NCBI RefSeq assembly: GCF_001545095.1
Contig: NZ_CP013213.1
Span: 450,001-482,000 of the forward strand
DNA length: 32,000 nt
Reading direction: 5' to 3'
Origin: Erysipelothrix larvae
GTDB taxonomy: Bacteria; Bacillota_I; Bacilli_A; Erysipelotrichales; Erysipelotrichaceae
Of this stretch, positions 10,401 through 15,396 are shown one piece after another. The position numbers were made by a program, and so were the translations under genes. The notes below the pieces were generated by a model that was not told the DNA's origin, searched no databases, and was given only the letters and a program-made list of their open reading frames with translations. Position 1 is the stretch's first letter. Each line of letters opens with the position of its first letter.

Positions 10401-13317
10401 TGTCGAAGAGAAGATTCCAACCGGTGATAAAGACCTATCAACTTCATTCAAATCAGTGAGTGATGCGAATGGTAACAATCAAGCTGAACCAGGTGAAGAA
10501 CTTACCTATACAATTCATGCAATTAATACCGGAAAAGTTGAAGCGAAAGGCATTGTAATCCAAGATAAACTCATTGAAGTACTCAAACATGTTAACGATC
10601 CACGCGCATCAATCGTAGAAATCGATAACAATGGTACGAAGACACAAGCAACTGTTCAGGACTTAATCAATGGTATTACCATCGATCTTGCAGCAGGTGC
10701 AACTGCTACCTTCACATTCAAAGTAACCGTACTTGGAACCCTTGATGTAGATTTCGTAAAAGAAATTGCGAATAAAGCAACAATTGGTGGCACCGATGTT
10801 GATGAGAAGATCCCAACCGGTGATAAAGACCTATCAACTTCATTCAAATCAGTGAGTGATGCAAATGGTAACAATCAAGCAGAACCAGGTGAAGAACTTA
10901 CCTATACAATTCATGCAATTAATACCGGAAAAGTTGAAGCGAAAGGCATTGTAATCCAAGATAAACTCAGCGAAGTACTTAAACATGTTAACGATCCACG
11001 CGCATCAGTCGTAGAAATCGATAACAATGGTACGAAGACACAAGCAACTGTTCAAGACTTAATCAATGGTATCACCATCGATCTTGCAGCAGGCGCAACT
11101 GCTACCTTTACATTCAAGGTAACCGTACTTGGAACCCTTGATGTAGATTTCGTGAAAGAAATTGCGAATCAAGCAACAATTGGTGGCATTGATGTCGATG
11201 AGAAAATCCCAACTGGTAATACAGACCTTTCAACATCATACAAATCAGTATCTGATGCAAATGGTAACAATAAAGCAGAACCAGGTGAAGAACTTACCTA
11301 TACAATTCATGCAATTAATACCGGAAAAGTTGAAGCGAAAGGCATTGTAATCCAAGATAAACTCATTGAAGTACTCAAACATGTTAACGATCCACGCGCA
11401 TCAATCGTAGAAATCGATAACAATGGTACGAAGACACAAGCAACTGTTCAAGACTTAATCAATGGTATTACCATCGATCTTGCAGCAGGCGCAACTGCAA
11501 CCTTCACATTCAAAGTAACTGTCATTGATACACTTAATGTAAATACAGTGAAAGAAATTGCGAATAAAGCAACAATTGGTGGCATTGATGTTGATGAGAA
11601 GATTCCAACTGGTAATAAAGATCTTTCAACATCATACAAATCAGTGAGTGATGCAAATGGTGATGGTCTGGTTCAACCAGGTGAAGAACTTACCTATACC
11701 ATCCATGCAATCAATACTGGAAACGTTACTGCTAAAGGTGTATTGGTACAAGATGAACTCATCGACGTATTGAAACACGTTGATGATCCACGTAACAATA
11801 CATTAACACTCGATAACAATGGAACAATTTCTGTTCTCAAAGTTCAAGACTTGATGAATGGCGTAACGCTTGATATTGCTCAAGGCGGATATGCAACATT
11901 GACCTTTAAGGTTAAAGTTCTTAGCACCCTTGATGTGAAATCAGTGTCTGAAGTTGCGAATACCGCAACCATTGATGGAGACGATCACAAGATCATTATC
12001 CCAACAGGCGATGCAATCTTAGACTCAAGTAAGAGTGTTCAAGATGATAACCGTGATGGTTATGCATCACCAGGTGAGAAGATTACTTACCAATTGACTT
12101 CAAAGAACACTGGAACTGCGAAAGCAATCGGTGTTGAATTCAAGGATCAAATGGAAGACTTGTTGAAATATACATCAGTCAAACCAACAGATCAAGTAAC
12201 CGTAACAAATGGTGGCGTGGTAACATTCATCACAATTCAAGACTTGATTAACGGAATTAACGTTGACATTAATGAAAATGAGACTGTAACACTTGTGTTT
12301 GAAACACAAATCCTCAGTGATCTTGATGTCGATGCCGTGACGAAGGTTGTAAATAAAGCGACAATTGGTAGTGAAGAGAAGATTGTGGAAATCCCAACAA
12401 CCTCAAACACTGTAACTTCATACAAAGAAGTGAAAGATGCAAGCGGAGATGGCTATGCATCACCAGGCGAAGCACTCAATTACAAACTATCGATTAAGAA
12501 TAACGGTAAAACCTCAATGAGTGATGTATTTGTACAAGATAAGATGGAAACACTTCTTAGCTACATCAAACCAGTCTCAGGTGATACAGTAACCATCAAC
12601 AATAACGGAACCCTAAGTTCAGTATCAATCGATCAACTGATCAAAGGACTCTATGTGGATATTGCACCAGAAGCATTGGTTGAAATCACATTCACTGTGG
12701 TTATCATCGAAAATCTAAATACAACAGATGTTAAAGAAATATCGAATGTTGCGACACTTGGTGGCAAAACAGTCACTGAGAAGATCCCAACCGCAGATCC
12801 AAATCTAAACACATCGAAGAAAGTATCCGATGCAAACGGAAATAACGTTGCAGATAAAGGTGAAGTACTCTCCTATACAATCTCTGCAACAAACACAAGT
12901 AGTGTCGATGCTTATGGCGTACTCTTCTATGATTCACTTGTGGATGTATTACCATATGTAAACAACCCAAGTGATAATAAAGTAACCATTAACAATGCTG
13001 GCACAATCACTGAAAAGAAAGTCAGTGATCTACAACAAGGATTCTCAGTCGATCTCAAATCGAATGAAACCGTAAATGTTAGCTTTGAAGTAACAGTTAA
13101 GGAAGATATCAATGCGAAAGCAGGCGAAGTCATCCGAAATACAGCTACTGTTGGTAAATACGCGCCTACAATCGAAATACCATTGTTCCGCTCACCTGAC
13201 CTACCAAAAACAGGTCTTAAGGAACATGTCATGATGCTCGAGAAATCTCTTGTAATCATCGGAACTGCATTACTCGCAATATCGATTATCGTGAAACGGA
13301 AAGAAGAACTAGAATAA
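1..13317 (+). CDS. Giant cell-wall-anchored surface protein, 5'-partial (RCC1-like blades, about 27 DUF11-type repeats, LPXTG sorting signal)
   Basis: Frame 1 is open from base 1 (STGAVWSWGYNADGNSGFG... precedes the Met at 85 with no stop), so the real start is upstream of the window. The frame runs uninterrupted to TAA at 13315-13317. C-terminus is LPKTG, a hydrophobic stretch, then KRKEELE. Confidence 0.93.
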   Translation, partial: STGAVWSWGYNADGNSGFGPDVPAYAGGMKRIPYFVDNNINVIQIDSAYHTSYALDDQGNMYAWGNGTQGQIGNGANTGTNPTPTRVNINKKITKMYAGHGEITNSVLALDVDGDIWAWGYNPGGRIGVSGPAYSNTPKVIQVPGGVKFKDIAVGSSAFLAISTDGELYSWGNDTHGALGRGTTAGTVTTPTLVPRPAGMEKVKQISICYSMVVALDEKNQVWQWGALYGRGTATGHVDNTSTPIQLTISAAEISDYGYTPIPTKVFAGESVSYFVDQYGRPWAWGDGRYFGFGREGGYEDANSQLVKEAEQWPKVIGDGDTQIYDRRDKLPMYLSDPANPSGVSRNTYGGYSGINALHPTIYDEKYMLKDQNGEILDINGTILKYQSSNGSGRVRGFYYKVDASGTITNEVGLPATDPEESIWIDLALKDIPSVVSITTSRSSYTLLDKDGNIYKWGNDGSGSIAWGWDYDPKYDQNGSLERGLYDRYSYEVIYMRGAPTVDPIDLEIEKPTSKIYLTGAATDKDTIEIKATLPASYTSNSMNIIITPQLNYMKYVIIPYDESNPDFNVKNIDVDTFNALYAKSAYKSGTLVDTPIKADTAEQVVTKTVDVTENSRVIVMIEDVAYGRKLNTVASYIATNFYTPTDIFQTGLGDKEDGTFEVLYAKTQDQVDKADTPYDNVDLVGIPLDAKGQVINNPTFGYDGVKITAIKPLPNNEDIYWNLKATEVNPLDIILNDVKYMNNREYIHEFFYERNMDNWAYITYEGVDVDTNQPVPGFKMDVDNPELVKKYIEIARTAPTITDYEMVGYYINDGTTLYDLDSSNQAVFTPDKDTKITFVYGQPKFSGNKAVSDANGDGFASPGETLTYVLTAKNDSNFNAKNVVIQDEFKELLNHINDPRGNALVMDVDGVKTNLTVENLMNGITTDIKANGTVTFTFSVTVKSTLDTNAVDKLENTATIKDTPITVDIPTGVAILSGLKEVTDTDGDKIASPGEAIEYKISVSNNGTATASDVLIQDTLASVLGYVDAPYANQVVIDDNGSKTYATVQDLINGLYVDVKAGQTVTVTFKVTLLSTLDVKAVTSIDNSVKINDVPYDASIPTGKANLVSSKTVTDADLDGFASPGEVLSYLIKITNDGSVAATNVEVKDTLDTLISQIKSTNVTVSIKVGNSVTVTPLSELQKGFNIDIPANTTAEISFNVTLIDTLDVDNVKFVENKATINGQPVEEKIPTGKSNLIIDKVVKDANNDGFASPNEKLNYTITVQNSGDVAAKNVQITDKLAGVEPYIKNASSVIVRVSNGLTTQDTSLSDLQAGLTLNIAAKETVTIEFTVELISNLDVKNVTAIENVVTVDGTDKKVVIPTGGEDVVASKSVVDSDGDGFASPGERIYYRIEIVNNGSVKATDIVINDLLSEIKNYVVAPESEALLIEVNGSQSNANVQALMNGMSVDIEPNGMVVLTFGLTVKPDLDVKNVPVLKNVAFINNKDVDTTIPTGDSSITDLKKEVKDANGDGFAQPGEELSYTISAKNTGKVEKKDLIIQDELTEVLKYVEDTSNVSVTLTNGTSVTTHSIQDLVNGLKMSLGAGNSATVTFTVKVKSNLDVSSVSKIENIATIDGTQVPEEIPTGNKNLSNSNKAVSDANGNGYAEPNEELTYVITVVNDGDVAAKGIVVQDELTEVLQHVNDPKASTVTIVNNGVPSDKTVQDLINGITLDVDAHSTATLTFKVTVKGDLDVSQVNMIRNIAVIDGTPTPIEIPTGDKDLSTSTKTVQDSDGDGLAAPQEDLHYTLSVNNTGNVEAKDVLVKDELTNVLKYVNNPRGSNITITANGVSSTATVQDLINGITLDVAANSTTTIEFTVTVDQNLDVANVPVIENTAEIGNMVVNASINTGKSDLALTKDAVDANNDGFVSPSEDLTYTITAVNNGDVDAKDVFVKDTLFNLLPNIKDISMIEVELNNGGQITNIPLQNLVDGFNIDIKAKETLVLTFTVTAIDTLDVNAVPYFENKVTFDNQDATKTIPTGDSSLTAFNKDVKDANNDGFASPGETLTYTISVNNSGAVTKKDVIILDELTEVLQHVMDTSSTTVTLTNGTSVSTHTITELVNGIKFDLQAGDTATVTFSVSVKSDLDVDLVDMIRNIAVIDGTSTPKEIPTGDKNLSTSTKSVTDENGDGIAAASEELTYTLTAINTGKVKAKDIVIQDELKDVLKHVDDPRGSIVEIDNNGTKSQATVQDLMNGIVFDLDVGATATFTFKVKVIATLDTGNVKAIANTATIDKVPVDTTIPTGAEYIVATKQVVDASGDGIASPSEVLTYTISVMNQGTTPSTEKIIDELVDVLKYVEDPRNQTVTIKENGVITGQTTVQNLIDGFNLTIDPGDRYDYSFDVTVRSDLDVNNVSMISNTVFVSGVPTTASIPTGDVDLSTSDKVVSDANGNGYAEANETLTYKIIAKNTGKVDAKGIVIQDELKDVLNHVNDPKATPILVGVNNIVMPSAYTVQDLINGITLDVDAGSTVELYFDVTVISTLDVSLVDKIKNTATIGKEDVTVIIPTAEGNLTDLDKKVVDENQNGYAEKGETLTYTITAKNSGIVTAKDVMIKDELTDVLQHVEDTSNVTVTLTNGSVVTTHSISDLVNGIIFDINPNDTATITFTVKVKADLDVSLVTKIVNIATINNVPTPSEIPTGDGTLTDIDKTVKDANGNGFAEPGEDLTYEMKVTNSGAVTANDLEIKDELLDVLNHIEDPSNVSVVLTNDTHTSTHTIQELIAGIHFNLDAGKTATVTFTVRVKSTLDVSLVDNILNTATIGGVDVDEKIPTGDKDLTTSTKSVDDANHDGIASPNEVLTYTITAINSGKVEAKGIVIQDELIEVLKHVNDPRASIVEIDNNGTKTQATVQDLINGITIDLAAGANATFTFKVTVLGTLNVGLVKEIANKATVDGVEVIKTIPTGDTDLLIGKTVVDENTNRFAEPGEKLTYTIFATNNGKVEAKNFTIKDELAGVLGHIQNPNNVSVTLTVGSTTSIHTLAELMNGLTFDLGANESASVVFTVTLLDTLDVEQVQFILNTATIGGTDVEEKIPTGDKDLSTSFKSVSDANGNNTAEPGEELTYTITAINIGKVEAKGIVIQDKLSEVLKHVNDPRASIVEIDNNGTKTQATVQDLINGITIDLAAGATATFTFKVTVLGTLDVDFVKEIANKATIGGEDVEEKIPTGDKDLSTSFKSVSDANGNNTAEPGEELTYTIHAVNTGKVEAKGIVIQDKLSEVLKHVNDPRASIVEIDNNGTKTQATVQDLINGITIDLAAGATATFTFKVTVLGTLDVDFVKEIANKATIGGEDVEEKIPTGDKDLSTSFKSVSDANGNNQAEPGEELTYTIHAINTGKVEAKGIVIQDKLSEVLKHVNDPRASIVEIDNNGTKIQATVQDLINGITIDLAAGATATFTFKVTVLGTLDVDFVKEIANKATIGGEDVEEKIPTGDKDLSTSFKSVSDANGNNQAEPGEELTYTIHAINTGKVEAKGIVIQDKLIEVLKHVNDPRASIVEIDNNGTKTQATVQDLINGITIDLAAGATATFTFKVTVLGTLDVDFVKEIANKATIGGTDVDEKIPTGDKDLSTSFKSVSDANGNNQAEPGEELTYTIHAINTGKVEAKGIVIQDKLSEVLKHVNDPRASVVEIDNNGTKTQATVQDLINGITIDLAAGATATFTFKVTVLGTLDVDFVKEIANQATIGGIDVDEKIPTGNTDLSTSYKSVSDANGNNKAEPGEELTYTIHAINTGKVEAKGIVIQDKLIEVLKHVNDPRASIVEIDNNGTKTQATVQDLINGITIDLAAGATATFTFKVTVIDTLNVNTVKEIANKATIGGIDVDEKIPTGNKDLSTSYKSVSDANGDGLVQPGEELTYTIHAINTGNVTAKGVLVQDELIDVLKHVDDPRNNTLTLDNNGTISVLKVQDLMNGVTLDIAQGGYATLTFKVKVLSTLDVKSVSEVANTATIDGDDHKIIIPTGDAILDSSKSVQDDNRDGYASPGEKITYQLTSKNTGTAKAIGVEFKDQMEDLLKYTSVKPTDQVTVTNGGVVTFITIQDLINGINVDINENETVTLVFETQILSDLDVDAVTKVVNKATIGSEEKIVEIPTTSNTVTSYKEVKDASGDGYASPGEALNYKLSIKNNGKTSMSDVFVQDKMETLLSYIKPVSGDTVTINNNGTLSSVSIDQLIKGLYVDIAPEALVEITFTVVIIENLNTTDVKEISNVATLGGKTVTEKIPTADPNLNTSKKVSDANGNNVADKGEVLSYTISATNTSSVDAYGVLFYDSLVDVLPYVNNPSDNKVTINNAGTITEKKVSDLQQGFSVDLKSNETVNVSFEVTVKEDINAKAGEVIRNTATVGKYAPTIEIPLFRSPDLPKTGLKEHVMMLEKSLVIIGTALLAISIIVKRKEELE
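1491..2529 (+). other. Unassigned middle region of the giant protein (about 345 aa); its C-terminal part is possibly MucBP-like
   Basis: No repeat periodicity. The last ~80 aa (ITYEGVDVDTNQPV...ITDYEMVGYYINDG...DKDTKITFVYG) resemble the MucBP pattern ending in T-hydrophobic-x-F-V-Y. This is a weak, by-eye call. Confidence 0.3.
2530..13185 (+). repeat. Array of about 27 tandem 396-bp (132-aa) DUF11-type 'conserved repeat domain' units, coding
   Basis: Counted from the recurring junction motif IPTG-x3-L-x3-K-x-V-x-D and the core D-x-[ND]-x-[DN]-G-[FYI]-A-x-P-x-E-x-L-x-Y. Repeat 1 starts at PKFSGNKAVSDANGDGFASPGE (2530). The last repeat ends near VIRNTATVGKYAPTIEIP. Confidence 0.85.
9223..11598 (+). 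repeat. Six near-identical 396-bp tandem units inside the DUF11 array
   Basis: Unit starts (AAG ATC CCA ACC GGT = KIPTG) fall at 9223, 9619, 10015, 10411, 10807 and 11203, spaced exactly 396 bp. I count about 8 substitutions between the 9619 and 10015 units. The unit at 8431 shares the same core. The identical antisense ORFs ending at 9686, 10082 and 10478 reflect the same periodicity. Confidence 0.9.
13201..13317 (+). other. Sortase sorting signal (LPKTG, TM helix, basic tail)
   Basis: cta cca aaa aca ggt = LPKTG at 13201-13215, followed by LVIIGTALLAISIIV and KRKEELE-stop. Confidence 0.9.
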
Positions 13318-13326
13318 GTAATTGAA

Positions 13327-13363
13327 GAGGTGTGATCTCAATAATTTGAGATCCCCTCTTGTC
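13327..13363 (+). terminator. Putative intrinsic terminator after the giant gene
   Basis: Perfect 8-bp stem gatctcaa/ttgagatc with loop taat, extended by partial gagg../..cctc pairing, then the T-rich ttgtctt. The T-tract is weak. Confidence 0.5.
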
Positions 13364-13379
13364 TTATTAGAGGTGAAGA

Positions 13380-13799
13380 ATGAAGAAGAAAAACAAAGTT
13401 TTAATAGGTGGCATCGCTGGGCTTGTGGTTGTACTTGCGGTATTAATCGTTGTACTCATCGACCCATTTAAGAGTGAAGAAGAGAAAGTCACCAACAAGA
13501 TTCAAAGTATTGGGGGAGTATTCTACGAAGATTTCTTCTATCCTCAACAAGTTCTAGGATTAAGCGAGGCAGAGATTGCACAGAAATTGACAGCATTTTC
13601 TACAGAAGGGATTTCAGTAAGTCTTGAAGATGTGAATAAAGTGATGGAAATCAGTGACAAAGTCAGTGACCCAATAAAAGAAGTCACCCGTGACGATGCT
13701 AAACTGGTTTGCAATCCATCAACAACCATCATCATTACACCAAAGGAACCATTCAGTAAAACAGATTATGACATTAGAGTCTCTTTAGACTGTAAATAA
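13380..13799 (+). CDS. Small single-pass membrane protein, copy 1 (partner of a bactofilin); family not recognised
   Basis: RBS agaggtgaag lies just upstream of the ATG. N-terminus is MKKKNK followed by a hydrophobic helix (VLIGGIAGLVVVLAVLIVVLI), then a ~105-aa soluble domain with two Cys (LVCNP, LDCK). It is a paralog of 14956..15378. Confidence 0.85.
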   Translation: MKKKNKVLIGGIAGLVVVLAVLIVVLIDPFKSEEEKVTNKIQSIGGVFYEDFFYPQQVLGLSEAEIAQKLTAFSTEGISVSLEDVNKVMEISDKVSDPIKEVTRDDAKLVCNPSTTIIITPKEPFSKTDYDIRVSLDCK

Positions 13800-13822
13800 A
13801 CAATTTAGACAGGAAGGCAAAC

Positions 13823-14464
13823 ATGGAAAATAACAAAGGATTTAACCTCGATGAAAATTACTCGGTAATTTCATCAGGTGTTACCATTCGTGGTAACATT
13901 GAGTCAAAAGACTCACTCAGTATCGCAGGCATTGTCGAAGGCGATGTGTACTGTGAGAAAGAAATCGAACTCGCACAAAATTGCACGATTCATGGTGATA
14001 TTAAATCAGCATCCATCGCAATTAATGGTGCAGAAATTCGCGGAAATGTCAGCGTCGAAGATCGTTTCGTTCTCGACAAAGACTCAATTATTGTTGGTTC
14101 ACTCAGCGCAAACAGCGCGCGTATCAATGGTCGCATTGATGGCCCTGTTAAAGTAAGTGGTGAAGTATCAATTGCTTCAACTGCAGTTGTGATTGGGGAC
14201 TTAATGTCTTCATCATTAGTTGTTGAAAATGGCGCTCAATTAAAAGGGAGCTATACAGTGTATGTAGAAGAAGTACATGAAGAAGCAGATGCTTACATGC
14301 AAAGCAATGTTGATGAAATAGTAATTGAACACTATTACCAAGCACATGATTTCACGATGCCAGAGGAAACACAACCTGTTGAGGCAGTAAGTGAAGCATC
14401 TGTGAACCAAGAATCATATGCTCAAGAAGATCAAAATACAAATAACGAACAATTCGAAGGATAG
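13823..14464 (+). CDS. Bactofilin (polymer-forming cytoskeletal protein, DUF583 family), copy 1
   Basis: RBS aggaagg. The core SVISSGVTIRGNIESKDSLSIAGIVEGDV...STAVVIGDLMSSSLVVENGAQLKGS shows the repeating beta-helix pattern and the C-terminal signature typical of bactofilins. The C-terminal tail is acidic. No signal peptide or obvious N-terminal membrane-targeting peptide. Confidence 0.85.
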   Translation: MENNKGFNLDENYSVISSGVTIRGNIESKDSLSIAGIVEGDVYCEKEIELAQNCTIHGDIKSASIAINGAEIRGNVSVEDRFVLDKDSIIVGSLSANSARINGRIDGPVKVSGEVSIASTAVVIGDLMSSSLVVENGAQLKGSYTVYVEEVHEEADAYMQSNVDEIVIEHYYQAHDFTMPEETQPVEAVSEASVNQESYAQEDQNTNNEQFEG

Positions 14465-14516
14465 ACAACAGGACATTGTGCCCACCCACTACTTGATCTC
14501 TTTCAACGCAATGTCC

Positions 14517-14560
14517 AAGACCAAAAAGGCCGTTTTTAATGCGGTCTTTTTTTGCTTTTT
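14517..14560 (+). terminator. Possible terminator after bactofilin copy 1
   Basis: agacc...ggtct with internal aaaaaggccgttttt pairing, followed by ctttttttgctttttt. The stem is imperfect. Confidence 0.4.
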
Positions 14561-14955
14561 TCTCTTTTATATCATGAAATAAATCTATAAACATGCGATA
14601 AATGAGATGCTTTATAAATAAGCGACGGCATCAAAAGTGCCCCTAAACATTGACTTAAAAAGAGGTTGATAAAGATTAGTTTAATACCAAAAAATAAAAT
14701 TTCAAACCTATGAAACGAACCCTAGTGTTTTTAGGGGTATAAAAGCGTTAATCTAAAAAGAGATAAGATATGTTATGGACACTAATATATTGAATCAATG
14801 ATATGCGTGGGAGTTCATTGAATCTTGTTTAAAACCTGATGATAAACAAAGAAGACATCCATAAAACAAGACTCAATGATCACAAAATCACGCTTAGGAA
14901 ACAAAGAAAGGGACTCAATAAAAAGATACTTTTTATTACAATAAGGATTTAAAGA

Positions 14956-15378
14956 ATGAAAAAGAAAATACGGTTACTATGGGGGCTATTAGCTGCACTT
15001 ATACTTGCGATTGCAATTGCGATTGTACTAGTACTCAATCCTATCAAAAGCGATGAAGCGAAAGTCACAGATAAGGTTAAAACGATTGGAAGTACATTCT
15101 ATGAAGATTTCTTCTATCCTCAACAAGTGTTAGGGCTCAGTGAGGCAGAAATCGCACAAAAGCTTACAGTATTCTCAGATGATGGAATTTCAATCACACT
15201 TGAAAGCATTGAAAAGGTATTGGAAATTAAAGACAAAGTTGGTGACGCAATAAGTGAGGTTACAAGCGAATCAGCAAAACTTGTATGTAATCCACAAACA
15301 ACAAAAGTCATCATTATTCCAAAAGAACCATTTACGAAGCATGATTATGACGTAAAGGTTGAACTTGATTGTAAATAA
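14956..15378 (+). CDS. Small single-pass membrane protein, copy 2 (paralog of 13380..13799)
   Basis: Same architecture as copy 1. My hand alignment gives 89 identical of ~140 positions, including an invariant 24-residue block FYEDFFYPQQVLGLSEAEIAQKLT and both Cys. Confidence 0.85.
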   Translation: MKKKIRLLWGLLAALILAIAIAIVLVLNPIKSDEAKVTDKVKTIGSTFYEDFFYPQQVLGLSEAEIAQKLTVFSDDGISITLESIEKVLEIKDKVGDAISEVTSESAKLVCNPQTTKVIIIPKEPFTKHDYDVKVELDCK

Positions 15379-15396
15379 AAAAAGGGAGGAAGTATT

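Noticed and set aside
9223-11598. Regular 396-bp periodicity, considered as a possible CRISPR or satellite array
   Set aside because: The period is far too long for CRISPR, and there is no repeat/spacer alternation. The units are in-frame coding repeats of the surface protein.
619-13259. Ladder of antisense and alternate-frame ORFs inside the giant gene (e.g. 2685-3161, 6150-6545, 9318-9686, 9723-10082, 10119-10478, 12927-13259)
   Set aside because: They lie entirely inside a 13-kb ORF with clear domain structure. Their low-complexity S/T/V/F-rich translations are mirror images of the repeat codons. The near-identical ones simply repeat with the 396-bp period, and they have no RBSs.
13544-13735. 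Antisense ORFs conserved in both small-membrane-protein genes (13544-13735 and 15120-15314), plus the alternate-frame ORF 13878-14156 in bactofilin 1
   Set aside because: Their conservation follows automatically from the duplication of the sense genes. They have no RBS, and the sense-strand proteins show clear TM-domain and bactofilin features.
14352-14594. 80-aa minus-strand ORF spanning the bactofilin tail and terminator
   Set aside because: It overlaps the 3' end of a well-supported gene and the terminator hairpin. It has no RBS and an implausible composition.
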